Shown here: positions 1-12,200 of the stretch, one piece after another
Layout: each line of letters starts with the position of its first letter
Position numbering within the stretch: position 1 is the first letter of the stretch
Assembly (NCBI GenBank): GCA_951406725.2
Contig: OX597814.1
Location: 101,804,001-101,868,000, forward strand
Direction of reading: 5' to 3'
Length of the DNA: 64,000 nucleotides
Source: Octopus vulgaris
Taxonomy: Eukaryota
Translations under genes and position numbers: made by a program
The notes under the pieces: model-generated
Database searches by the model: none
Seen by the model: the letters and a program-made list of their open reading frames with translations, nothing else
What the model was told of the DNA's origin: nothing

Positions 1-572
1 GTTTCCCGAAGATGTTGTCTCTTCGGAGAAATGTATGTATATCACAATCTTATTTTTCCTCATCATAAAATTTCTAGATTTCATGTTTTTTTAGAGAAGG
101 GAAAGAGAACTCACCCTGATATGTATTTTGTGAGACATTGTCAGGGTCATAATCGTGTTTCAGGATATAGTTTAACAAGAAATTGTGAGTAATAAATATC
201 AACGAACGAGTAAACGTAAGACGAGTTCATACGGAATAAGACGAGCAACATATGATTGAAAACTGAACGAACCTGCCTTATTCCCTGAACTATTTTGCTA
301 AACGATATGTCGTCCATTCTGCACCAGCAATAATATCACGACAATGTACATGAGCTACAACGTATCTCAAAGAATATCTATATAAACAAACGTAATAGAT
401 AGATTGATGTCATAAATATAAACATGACGTCTGATTGGCAACTATCAATAAGAACACAATTTATTAATTACTATAGTTGCTATGTTTAGCTTCATATTAC
501 CCCTGATCGAGTAGATTTAGCATCAAAGGCTTTCCATCTGTAATTACCCTACTTTTCTTTTCTTTTTTTTAA

Positions 573-973
573 TCTCTATCTCTCTATATATATAAAGCTG
601 AAGTTATCTGTGTATGGCAGGTTTGGTAGCCTTCAATTAACACTATCTCCTCCGAGACCCTGCGGCGCAAGTTGACCAAAATTGAGTGTATGATAGAAGA
701 AGACTTGCTCTTCCTTCCGTAGAAGAAAAAAATTCAAATCGGACCGTGTTAAAACCAAAAATTATTTACATCAAAAAGGTGCTTTTTTTCTTTCAAAATC
801 CCTATTTTTTACGATTTTTTGACTGCTGTGTCGCCATTTTTCAGTGTATTTCAACCAGATAAATGTTCACTTAAAGAGAATAACAAGCTACATAATGCAA
901 AAGTTTTACTTTTCAAACATTCCAATTCTAAAGAGTCGAAACAAACCCGAGCAACGCTGGGCGATACTGCTAG
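573..973 (+). mobile_element. Non-autonomous Helitron-like element (~400 bp)
   Basis: Starts TC(TCTATCTCTCTATATATATAAAG) after an A. Ends with a GC-rich subterminal hairpin CCCGAGCAACGCTGGG followed by CTAG and then T (A|T target, no TSD), which are Helitron terminal hallmarks. Confidence 0.7.
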
Positions 974-1353
974 TAAACGTAATGTTTTCCAGGCTACGTG
1001 ATTTAATATACGCTATTTCTGTTTGTTTGTTTGTTTGCAACAATAACACTTAATTTGACAATAGCAACAATAACACTTAATTTGACAATAGACTTCACTG
1101 TTTAGTGCAAATTGTTGGTTTCATTTTGTTGGCCAGTATTTCACTGTAACCGACATTGGTGGCTGTAAATCCCTTTCAAGAGTGATGTTCCAGTATAGGC
1201 CCTTTTGAGTCCCAAAAGATGGTTTGCATCGCTTTTCCTGAGGAAGGTTGAGTCTTGAGTTTCTTTTCGCTGACGATTCCGGGTGTTCCCACTCCATACT
1301 CTACCTTTTGGATTCTGACTCAAAGTGATGGGGCCAGGTCTCATCAACCGTGA

Positions 1354-1720
1354 CTATTCTCTTCTAAAACGTGTTGTCTTCATTGATGTAGAGATCGAGC
1401 AAGTGTTAACAGCTCCCCACCTGATTGTGCTTATACTCTTCAGTAAGCTCTTTTGGCACTCATCTCGCACAGACTTTACAGAAGCGAAGTGCTTATAGAT
1501 TATTTCATTTGCGGAGCCCTGACTTATTTTCAGAGAACATGCCACCTCGTTGATGGTTACTCTTCGGTTTGACAGAACCATCTGTCGAGCTTGCTTACTC
1601 TTCACATCAGTGGTGAAGGTTGATACACGCCCTCCCTGTTCGTGTATCATGCATGTTTAAACCTCTCGTGTATCCCGCTTTTTAAACCTCTCTATCCACT
1701 CATATAGACTTCTTCACAGT
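1354..1720 (-). pseudogene. Degenerate mariner transposase N-terminal (HTH) fragment
   Basis: Translation ARQMVLSNRRVTINEVACSLKISQGSANEII resembles the mariner second HTH (NRRxTIxEIAxxLxISxGS). It is frameshifted near the WVP linker. Confidence 0.7.
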
Positions 1721-1769
1721 AGAGCGCTGTCTCCGTTTGTAATGAAATGGTTAGTCCACTTTACTCAGT

Positions 1770-1990
1770 AAGGAGCTTAAGGCCGGTTTCCCAGAGTCTC
1801 TGTCGTATACATTCCTCCCTGGATAGGATGCTGAACAGTCGCTGATATACTCATTTTTACCAGCTGAATGAACTGGAGCAATGTGAAATGAAATGTTTTG
1901 CTCAAAACAACACACCACCCGGTCCCGGAATCGAAACCACCATCTTACAATCATCAGACCACCACTCTAACCACTAAGCTATACACCACC
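1770..1990 (-). mobile_element. tRNA-derived SINE (family D here)
   Basis: Minus strand has a tRNA-like head (TAGCTTAGTGGTTAGAG...GGTTTCGATTCC) then TTGAGCAAAACATTTCATTTCACATTGCTCCAG. Related copies lie at ~41635-41920 and 60947-61145. Confidence 0.7.
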
Positions 1991-2085
1991 ACATTGAACT
2001 GAAAGCGTGCAGTGAATTTCAGCCCTTACACACCTTCAGACGAGAGAAATCAGATCACTGATCCCTGTTCTTCGATGGTGCTCAT

Positions 2086-2450
2086 TTACTCTTTTACTCT
2101 TTTAGTTGTTTTAGTCATTTGACTGCGGCCATGCTGGAGCAATGTCTTTAGTCGAGCAAATCGACCCCAGGATTTATTTTTTGTAAGCCTAGTACTTATT
2201 CTACTGCTAAGTTAGGGGGACATAAACACACTAGCATCGGTTGTCAAGCGATGTTGGGAGACAAACACAAACATATACACACACATATACAACGGGCTTC
2301 TTTCAGTTTCCGTCTGCCAAATCATTCACAAGGCTTTGGTCAGCCCGAGGCTATAGTAGAAGTCACTTGCCCAAGGTGCCACGCAGTGGGAATGAACCCG
2401 GAACCATGTGGTAGTAAGCTTGCTTACTACTTACCACTCAGTCACTCATG
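2086..2450 (-). mobile_element. tRNA-derived CORE-type SINE (family A here; octopus OR-like)
   Basis: Near-identical dispersed copies across the window, with head GTGGCTGTGTGGTAAG..GGTTCAGTCCC, body GGCACCTTGGGCAAGTG and tail GACTGAAACAAGTAAAAGAG. Confidence 0.8.
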
Positions 2451-2948
2451 GCCATGTTTACTTTGTAACACAAGAAAGAAAACTGGAGCAATTAAGGTCA
2501 AATCTCAAGTACCACCTTTTAGTGCGTGAGCCCTGAAGGTTGTGCCGCCAACCTAAAGAAGGTGTCAGCGAAAGTGTTGATAATTTTAGACTTACCTTTG
2601 AACATTGAATTATATTCCAGATTCGTTTAACATTATATTTTACAGATCAAAGTTTCTGTGGAAAACTACGTGAATAGCCATTTGAGTGCCCACGCGAAGC
2701 CTAAAATTATTTTTTCTAATATCAATCTAAAGGTAGAAATAATTTTAATAAATCAAGAATTCTTGTTGTATGGTATTTGATATACCTGTATTTGTCTATG
2801 TTGTTCAAATGCATGTCACTGACCTCTCTCAGTTATTTCTCTTAACATCTTTTTGTTTAAATTATGCAAATTATCTAGTCCTTTATGGGTTCTACACGTT
2901 TTGTATAAGTCTAAGTCCCCTGGCTTCTTGAATTAAGTTTGGATAATT

Positions 2949-2993
2949 GTCATGCTGATGATTCCAATTGAGGTAGAAACGCATGTCTACGAC
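2949..2993 (+). ncRNA. Minimal type I hammerhead ribozyme, slightly degenerate
   Basis: GTCATG-CTGATGA-TTCC/AATTGA/GGTA-GAAAC-GCAT-GTC-TACGAC. Core boxes and GUC triplet are intact; stem I pairs 5 of 6 and stem II 3 of 4. Confidence 0.6.
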
Positions 2994-3384
2994 TGTCCTC
3001 TTGTCTCCAGACAACAAACATCTCCTTTTCCTTAATGGTATATCAACTTTGGGGGAGTTTTGATTTCAGAGATAATTTCCCCTTTTTATGTGGAGCTGGT
3101 CTGAATTTGCCTTTTGGTAATTATGATACGTTTTCTTGAGAAGACAATTTTGATTAATCAAGAATGTCGTTCGGTATTTGCTACACCATGAATGTATATA
3201 TGTGTCTGGAATTTTTATTCGTTTCAGTCAACTGGACAGCAACCATGCTGCAGCAGTACCTTGAAGTATTTCGTTGAACAAATTGGCTCCAGTATATATT
3301 CTATTGGTTTCCTTTGCAAAATTCTTAAGTTATGGGGACGTAAACAAACTATCACCAGTTGTCAACTAGCAGGTGGGGTAACAA

Positions 3385-3815
3385 ACATATACACATACAT
3401 ACACACATACATACACACATGCATACATACATGCATACATACACACACATACGTACATACATACACATACACACACATACATACATATATACACACACAT
3501 ATATACATACGCACATACATACACACGTACGTACGTACATAAATACGTACGTACATACATACATACATACATACATACACTCACATACATACACAAATAC
3601 ACATACATACACATACAGACACACACATACGTACATACACACATACACATACATATATTCACACATACCTACATACACACATACACACGCATACATATAT
3701 ACATACATACATATATACATGCATACATACACACACATACACACACATACATACACATGCATACATACATACATACATACATACATACATACATACATAC
3801 ATACATACATACACG
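3385..3815. repeat. Compound (TACA)n/(CA)n microsatellite inside a family A SINE
   Basis: Direct reading; this is the source of the HTYI/MYVC pseudo-ORFs. Confidence 0.95.
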
Positions 3816-4293
3816 ATAGGATTCCACATAGATTCCATCAACCAAATTCACCCAGAAGGTATTGATCGACCCAGAGCTATAGCAGAAAACACTATCCTAA
3901 TCTATCATGCCTTGGAACTGAACCTGAAACCATGCGATTGCAAAGTGAGCTTCTTAAAAGGCCATCCTAACGTGATAGTCACCATAAGACTCAATATCTT
4001 TGTAAGCGAAATTAGCTTGTTAGTATATTTTCATATATTTCATACTATTTTCAATAAGTGCTCTAATATTTTGTTCAGACTGACAATACCACATATGTGT
4101 GTGTATACGTAAACAACAGTGTACATATATTAGTAGGTCAAGGCAGCCAACTTCCACAACCACAAAGGACAAAGCTGACATTATGCATATCATGATTTTT
4201 GAGGACTGCCAAATTTCAGTTAAAATCATAGCTTTCCCGTGAAAGTATTGGACATGAGAAAGTTTTCCACAAAATGGGTGCCGAAATGCATAA

Positions 4294-4695
4294 TCTCTTT
4301 TTCTTTTTTTACTTGTTTCAGTCATTTGACTGCGGCCATGCTGGAGCACCGCCTTTAGTCGAGCAAATCGACCCCGTGACTTATTCTTTGTAAGCCCAGT
4401 ACTTATTCTATCGGTCTCTTTTGCCGAACCGCTAAGTGACGGGGACGTAAACACACCAGCATCGGCTGTCAAGCAATGCTAGGGGGCCGAACACAGACAC
4501 ACACATTCACACATATATATATACATATATACGACAGGCTTCTTTCAGTTTCCGTCTACCAAATCCACTCACAAGGCATTGGTCGGCCCGGGGCTATAGC
4601 AGAAGACACTTGCCCAAGATGCCACGCAGTGGGACTGAACCCAGAACCATGTGGTTGGTTAGCAAGCTACTTACCACACAGCCACTCCTGCGCCT
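4294..4695 (-). mobile_element. Family A SINE, full length
   Basis: Complete head GGCGCAGGAGTGGCTGTGTGG through tail on the minus strand. It truncates the adjacent mariner. Confidence 0.85.
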
Positions 4696-4699
4696 ATCA

Positions 4700-5831
4700 G
4701 AAATATATCAGAGTGATGACACCAAAGGCAATTTTGGGCCAGTTTGCAGTGGGAGAGGCTAATTTTATGACTCGTTTAGTTACCATGAATGAAACTTGGC
4801 TTCATCATTATGATCCTCAGACCAAGCAGCATTCAATATAGTGGCACGCAGCGGATTACTGCGTCCCAAGAGGTTTCGTGCCCAAAAGTCAGCTGGAAAG
4901 ATTCTGGCTTCAATGTTCTGGGACAAAGATGGAGTACTCCTCATAAAATACCTATTTCTTTACTACCCACAAGGGGCTACACACAGAGGGGGCAAACAAG
5001 GACAGACAAATGGATTAAGTCGATTATATCGACCCCGGTGCGTAACAGGTACTTATTTAATCGACCCCGAAAGGATGAAAGGCAAAGTCGATCTCGGCGG
5101 AATTTGAACTCAGAACGTAACGGCAGACGAAATACCTATTTCTTTATTACCCACAAGGGGCTAAACACAGAGGGGACAAACAAGGACAGACATAGGTATT
5201 AAGTCGATTACATCGACCCCAGTGCGTAACTGGTACTTAATTTATCGACTCCGAAAGGATGAAAGGCAAAGTCGACCTCGGCGGAATTTGAACTCACAAC
5301 GTAACGGCAGACGAAATACCGCTAAGCATTTCGCCCGGTGTGCTGACGTTTCTGCCAGCTCGCCACCTCATAAAATACCTGCCAAAGGGCCACACTATCA
5401 ATTCAGAATACTACTTGTGTCTGTTGAATGAACTGCGTGAGTCTTTGAAGCAGAAACACCATAGAAAGCTGAGCCATGGTGTACTGTTTTTGCAGGACAA
5501 TATACCAGCTCACATATCACCTGAAGCTTTACGGAAAATACACAGCTTTAGCTTCAAACTGGTAAGTACTCACCTTACTCTCCTGACGTGGACCCCTCTG
5601 GCTATCATTTCTTTCCACAACTGAAGAAAGAACTCAAAGGAACGAAATTTCACTCTGAGACCTGGTTAAAGGCCCGAATTTCCAAGTTCTTTTTACAGGG
5701 TTTAGAAAAACTGAAGGACTTCTGAAATAAGTATGTTAATCTGAGAGGGTAATATTTTGAATAAAATCATAATTAATTGATCATCCTTATTTTCTTTTAC
5801 CCAAAGCCAGGAACTTTTCAGCACCTCCTTG
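4700..5831 (+). mobile_element. Decayed mariner transposon (DD34D catalytic region plus right TIR), interrupted by a SINE
   Basis: Motifs VTMNETWLHHYDPQTK, SAGKILASMFWDKDGVLL, YLPKGHTINSEYY, FLQDNIPAH and PYSPD with frameshifts. Right end AACTTTTCAGCACCTCCTTG followed by TA. Confidence 0.85.
4954..5365 (-). mobile_element. Family B tRNA-derived SINE (partially duplicated) with 15-bp TSD
   Basis: CCTCATAAAATACCT at 4939-4953 and 5366-5380. Removing the insert restores the transposase reading GVLLIKYLPKGHT. Confidence 0.9.
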
Positions 5832-5984
5832 TAGTACATTCCATAGAACCTCCCAAAACTAGATACCAAATATCTACACATTGTCCAAGGCTAATGAGGT
5901 TACCTATAAAGAAAACCAAACAATACCAAAGTAAGTATCCCCACAAGCTAAGAATCTACTTTCCACTTTACAAGAATGAAGGAC

Positions 5985-6270
5985 AACACACATACACATA
6001 CATACACACATGCATACACATATATATACATACACATATACATACATATATGCACACACACATATACATACATACACATACATATACACACATACATACA
6101 TACACATACATACATACATACATACATACATACATACATACATACATACACACACATACATACATACGCACACATACATATATGCACACACACATACACG
6201 CATACACACATACATACACACACATACATATATATATACAAACATGCATACGTACATACATACATACATG

Positions 6271-6302
<32 letters not shown>

Positions 6303-6328
6303 CATACATACATACATACATACATACA

Positions 6329-6360
<32 letters not shown>

Positions 6361-6428
6361 CACACATACATACATACATACATACATACATACATACATA
6401 CATACATACATACATACATACATACACG
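5985..6428. repeat. (TACA)n compound microsatellite
   Basis: Direct reading. Confidence 0.95.
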
Positions 6429-6811
6429 ATAGAAGCTCACTTTGTAATCACATGGTTTCAGGTTCATCAGGTGCCTAAAACTATACACGTTAATTTTCAA
6501 TCTTAATGTTCATATAAGTCCACAAATTAAGGCGGTGAACTAGCACAATTGTTAGCACACCGGGCAAAATGCTTAACAGTTGACTTTGCTTTTCATCCTT
6601 TCCGAGCTGATGAAATGAGTAGCAGTTAAGCACTGGCATTGACTTACCCACTTCCTCTGAAATTGGTGGTCTTGTGCCAAAACTTGAAACCAATATAAAT
6701 TTTTAAAAAGTAAATAACTTAAACAAACATGCATAATACGTTTATATCAACAGTTAAGAGTATTTACGTTTTTTAAACAAACTACTATATATGTGTGTGT
6801 GTGTGTGTGTG

Positions 6812-7086
6812 TGGAGGCACAATGGCCCAGTGGGACTCGCAGTCGTAGGATCGCGGTTTCGATTCCAAGGCCGGGCGTTGTGAGTGTTTATTGAGCGAAA
6901 ACACTCAAAACCTCCACGAGGCTCCGGCAGAGGGTGGTGATCCCTGCTGTACTCTTTCACCATTCTTTCTTCTGTTGGCCTGCTCGCTTAGCCAGCGGGG
7001 TGACATCATTCGAAGTCTAAAACAATGCGAATGCATTGTGACCAGCAATGTGTAACAACATCTGATGGTCTGGTTGGTCACGTGAT

Positions 7087-7094
<8 letters not shown>
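6812..7094 (+). mobile_element. tRNA-derived SINE with RTE-type 3' end
   Basis: A-box/B-box head (TGGCCCAGTGG...GGTTTCGATTCC). The 3' end GCATTGTGACCAGC...GTGATCACGTGAT matches the tail of the RTE fragment at ~18048-18110. Confidence 0.7.
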
Positions 7095-7150
<56 letters not shown>

Positions 7151-7189
7151 GTGTGTGTGTGTAAGTATGTATGTATATATATATATATA

Positions 7190-7379
7190 TGTATGCGTAC
7201 TGTTGGCGATTTTTTTTCCTCAGTCTTCCCTTCTCTGGATCTTTCCTTCTCCTATGTTTCCGACAAAGAGCTCCGCTCGAAACGTTAAACTGTACTTCTT
7301 TCCTGAGCGTCCAATAATACTATATTTGTTCCACGTCCTCGCGTTGTTGTGTTTTTTTTTTTTGCTTTCTAGTTTGGAT

Positions 7380-7426
<47 letters not shown>

Positions 7427-7442
7427 GCTTTCTTGTTTGGAT

Positions 7443-7445
<3 letters not shown>
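7190..7445 (+). mobile_element. Solo 3' terminus of the Neptune-type PLE family, with mutated hammerhead
   Basis: Aligns with 58925-59126. HHR at 7256-7290 has CCGACAA in place of CTGATGA. The segment ends at (TA)n. Confidence 0.75.
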
Positions 7446-7486
<41 letters not shown>

Positions 7487-7623
7487 TGTATATACATATA
7501 TATATGTATATGCATATACATATATGTATAATTGCACATTGACTTTCACACACTTTAAGTTTTATTTAATATATATATATTTAATAAATATTTTCGCAAT
7601 GAATATTTTCGCTTATTTTCGCA

Positions 7624-9282
7624 ATGAATAAAGTGGGTATGTCACGGGAAGAAGTTAATGTAATTAAAATGGCTAGGAAATCGCTAATTAAATATAAAGA
7701 TAAATTATGGGCTAGGAATGATACTAGAGATTGTTTTGATATACCTATGGGAGCACCAGATTCTGCACAGGCTACTGATTTAGTAGGTATTTTTCTTTTA
7801 TCTGAACTCCAATTAGAAAATCTTAAGATAGAGGGTGGTTTATATAGAGACGATCTTCTACTAGTTACAAAGAATTGTACTAATAGGAATCTAGAAGTAT
7901 ATAAGAAAAAACTATATAGTTTCTTTAAAAGATATGGTTTAAGTATTACTATATATAAGGAGAATTATAATGTTAATTATTTAGATGTTAATTTTAATCT
8001 TATTACAGGTAAAACACAACCATATCATAAACTTAATGAGAACCTTAGATATATAAATGTTAATAGTAATCACCCATTTTCTATTAAAAAATCGTTGATT
8101 AATAATATTAGTAAACGTATTTCATTACTCTCTTATGATATAGAGATTTTTAATAAACATGCTAAATATTATAATGAGGCCCTTAGAGGGGCAGGTTATA
8201 ATAGGAATATTAAATTTTATAATATTAGTGATAAAGATTTAATTGTTAATTTTCGAGATACTTCTAATAATAATTATAATTTTGTTAGGTTTAGTGGTAA
8301 AAATAATAGATATAAAAAAAATAATAAAAATGATAAAAATATAAATAAGAATAATAATAATAATAATAAATATAATAATAATAATATAAATAAGAATAAT
8401 AAAAATAAAAATAAATTTAATAATTATTATAATAATTATATTGATAAATTTAATAATATTAATAATTCCTTAAATGCTGTACATAGATATAATTCTGATA
8501 ATAATTTTAATAAAATAAAGAATTATAAATATATTTATAATAATGATAATAATAATAAGGTTAATAAGAATAAAATTTGGTTAATTGTTCCTTATGGAGA
8601 TGAAGTAAAAACGAATATTATTAAAGAGATTTTAGATGTTATAGAACTATTTATTAGAGATAATCGTAAATATAGAAACATTTTCTCTTTTAATAATTTT
8701 GGAGTTGGTTACTCTACCACTAATAATGTAGGTAACATTATTTCTTCATTTAATAAATATAAACTGAATAATTTTTATAAAAAGAAATTATTTGATAATA
8801 ATATTAATAATGATAAGACTTATATTAATTGTACATGTAGAGATAAATCTAATTGTATATTAAATAATAATTGTGATATTAACGATGTAGTGTATAAATG
8901 TATAGTTACATTACATGATAATAACTTTAAGAATAATAATTACACAAAAGCGGTTTATATAGGTTCTACTTCCTCAAAAATAAAACTAAGAATCGCACAA
9001 CATATGAATTCTTTTAAAAATAAAAACTTAATCAACTCAACCGGACTTAGTAAGTACATTTGGAGTCTTAAATCACTAAATATTAATTATAGTTTAATTT
9101 GGGAAATAATTTGTAAAACTAAATCATATACTATAGGAGCTAATTGTTGTTATTTATGCTCTAATGAGTTTAAAGAAATTTTATTTTATAAGTATGATAA
9201 TTTACTTAATACTGGTGAAGAGCGAAAAATAAAATGCAGACATAAGTTACTTTACTTATATAATAAGTTTCATGATAAATAG
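7624..9282 (+). CDS. Penelope-like (Naiad-type) reverse transcriptase / GIY-YIG endonuclease, N-terminally truncated
   Basis: RT motifs FDIPMG, GLYRDD and VNYLDVNFNL; thumb YINVNSNHP; Asn-rich linker; CTC-x5-C-x5-C knuckle; GIY-YIG VVY...YIG, R(IAQH), LSKYIW, CYLC..E, LLN, CRH. No stop codons in 552 codons. Confidence 0.9.
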   Translation: MNKVGMSREEVNVIKMARKSLIKYKDKLWARNDTRDCFDIPMGAPDSAQATDLVGIFLLSELQLENLKIEGGLYRDDLLLVTKNCTNRNLEVYKKKLYSFFKRYGLSITIYKENYNVNYLDVNFNLITGKTQPYHKLNENLRYINVNSNHPFSIKKSLINNISKRISLLSYDIEIFNKHAKYYNEALRGAGYNRNIKFYNISDKDLIVNFRDTSNNNYNFVRFSGKNNRYKKNNKNDKNINKNNNNNNKYNNNNINKNNKNKNKFNNYYNNYIDKFNNINNSLNAVHRYNSDNNFNKIKNYKYIYNNDNNNKVNKNKIWLIVPYGDEVKTNIIKEILDVIELFIRDNRKYRNIFSFNNFGVGYSTTNNVGNIISSFNKYKLNNFYKKKLFDNNINNDKTYINCTCRDKSNCILNNNCDINDVVYKCIVTLHDNNFKNNNYTKAVYIGSTSSKIKLRIAQHMNSFKNKNLINSTGLSKYIWSLKSLNINYSLIWEIICKTKSYTIGANCCYLCSNEFKEILFYKYDNLLNTGEERKIKCRHKLLYLYNKFHDK

Positions 9283-12200
9283 CAATATTAGTTCCCTTTT
9301 AGGTTACTTTAGTTTAGTTTAAATTAGTTTAGATAATATATATTTTTGGTTATGTTGTCTAGGCTTTAATTATAGTTAGTCTTTATTGATTTTTCTTTGT
9401 TTTAATTAGTTCATTTTTAATGTATATTAATTTAACAGTATATGGTATGTTAAAACTTTAATAATTTATATTAGATTTTTTTTAATTTTCTTTATTTATA
9501 TATTTTTTTATTTTTTTATTTTTTTATTTTAATTTTATTTTATTATGTATTTTTATTATGCATTTGTTATATGTATTTTGGAGGATATATTTATATGTTG
9601 ATGGGTGTTATTTAGTGGTGTTTTTATTGAGTTTTGTATGTATGTGTGAATGTTTTGATCCCTTTGTTTTTTGTTTTTTATTTGGTATGTTGAATTGACA
9701 GATTTTATTTGGGTATTGTCTGTTATAATAAAGTACACACACCCATAACAAATATAAGTGCCCACTTCATTCGATGTACCTGGAATTGCATGTGAGCCTC
9801 AACATATACACCTAACGGCCACTCCTGCCCCATATGGATAAATAAACACATACATCCCCAAAAATGGGCGTAATCCCACTCACACCAATCACATGTATAC
9901 AATTATACACACTAGAATAATACATAACTAACCCAAATATACAGAACATACCAAAAATTACCAACTAACCACCATCACATATGAAACCAACACCCATACA
10001 ATGACAAAACTCCCCCCTCCATACCCAATTTACACCTACATAGCAATCCCAATATATTCATCCATACATGGACGCACGTGCGAGAAGCACATGCACATAA
10101 TAGATATGTACAACCCCCCAATACACACTCATATACATACGTATCAGGCTCGACATCCACAGCGATACGTTTACACCCACTCACACCAAGATGGGTGAAT
10201 TGCACAGCCAGGGAACGCACACACACATGTGTGCATTTTTTGATTGTGCAACTCGCCCATATGCATGTATGCGGGCGCGATTACATTGTTGCATATATCG
10301 AGCCCAAATAGCATGCATATGTACATGTGAGGGGGTACACGCTAATGACGTGCGCGTGTACCCCCTGCAAATATACTCGTGCGTGAATATACACATAGAG
10401 ACTACCACACAGGTACAAATGTGTATAGTAATGGGAGCCCCATTACTACACTTAATGTATACTCTCACCCATCCGCACGAATGTGAAAGTGAATCTCCGG
10501 TGTATATGTTGAGGCTTATATGTAGCGCTGTGGAGGCGAACGTCGTTGAAATTGTGAATGAATGGGTGGAGTTGGGAATTGTAACCGGGTGGTGGACTAG
10601 CGTTGCTTGGAATTGTGAGTGGAATAGTGTAGTTTTGAGGTAGGCATCGAGAATGGGTTGGGTTGCTGCAAGTTGTTTGTTAGAGCTGCTAAGGTGAGCT
10701 AAAGTTCATAAATGTATATAATGATTTTTCATGGTAGTTTTTTTAAAGAATCCATTCATAATAAATTTTTTTAAGTAGTGTTGGTTTGCCACGTGGATAT
10801 AGTTTTTAGTTCCATTTATTCTTTTTTCTCCATTCATAATTTTAAATGACGTTTACTTTCCATGGCGCGTATTCTTTTTTACATAAGTTATTTCTATGGT
10901 AACGTAATTTTGGTTTGATTTTTTTAACGGCTAAGAATTTAATTTCACTTCATAATTTGAAACTGACTTGTAAGTATGTAATTTATTTATCCTTATGTCA
11001 TATTGTTATTTTTGATATTCTGGTTAATTACGATGTATTTAATGTTGTTTTCATAGGAGTGTTTATGTATATGAGATTGTGTGTGAGTTTTTAGTTGTAT
11101 AATTTATTTATCTGTATGAGTGTGGGTGTGTAAATATTGTTGTATATATCGAGTTTAGTGAGTATGTATATGCGTATATGTGAGGGAGTATATGTATCTG
11201 TTGTGTGTGTGTGTTTTGCGTGTGTGTGTTTTTGTGTGTGAATGTGTATATGGGTTTGTTATTTAGGTTTTGGGATGTATGTGTTAATTTGTCTGTGTGG
11301 GGAGGGAGTGGGATTTGGTGTATATTGAGGTTTATAAGTTAGTATAGGTATGTGTATAAGTCGTGGGTCTGTGGTTTACGTGTGTGTATTTGTGTGTGAA
11401 TGTTTAGGTTAGGGGGATTGCTATATAGGTTTGTTATAGAGTTTAGCAAAGGGAGATTTTATCGTTATAGGTTTTAAGAGTTTTGGTTTATCATGGTTTT
11501 TTTTTTTTTTTTTTTTTTTTAGGGAATTCGTGGTAATTTGTCTATTTTCGATGTTGGTTGTTTTATTACATTGTTTCATTCATAATTTTTTGAGTGGTGT
11601 TCGTTTTGCCACGTGAATATTATTTTTAATTCCATTTATTCCATTTCTCCATTCATTAATTTAGAGATGTTCGTTTCCAGAGCGGTTATATTTTTTATAC
11701 ATATGTTAAGTTCCTTGGTAAAGTAATTTTGTTTGGTGTATATGTTGAGGCTTATTTGTACTTGTGGGTGTGTGTGAGTGGGGTGGGTGTTTGTATTTGT
11801 TATGAGTGTGTGGTTTACGTGTGTGTTTTTGTGTGTGAATGTATAGGTTATAGGGATTGCTATATAAGTATGTTATAGTGTTTAGTAAAGGGAGGTTTTA
11901 TTATTTCTGTTTTGTGAGTTTTAGCTTATCATGGTAGTTTTATAAAAGAATCCATTCATAATTTTTGTGTTGATTTGTCTTTGTGGGGTTGAGTGGGTTT
12001 TTGGAGTATATGTTGAGGTTTATATGTATGTATTGGTATGTGTAAGTGGTGTGGGTATTTGTATATGTCGTGGGTGTGTGGTTTACGTGTGTGTATTTGT
12101 GTGTGAATGTTTAGGTTAGGGGGATTGCTATATAGGTATGTTATAGAGTTTAGTAAAGGGAGATTTTATCATTATATGTTTTTGTGAGTTTTAGTTTATC

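Noticed and set aside
6440-6480. CTGATGA...GAAAC on the minus strand
   Set aside because: Only 4 nt separate the boxes, so there is no stem II. It is a chance overlap with a SINE head fragment.
3352-6506. Long HTYI/MYVC-type ORFs (also at ~13900, 15900, 43200, 56100, 58100, 60350 and 61800)
   Set aside because: They are translations of (TACA)n/(CA)n/(TA)n microsatellites that lack stop codons, not genes.
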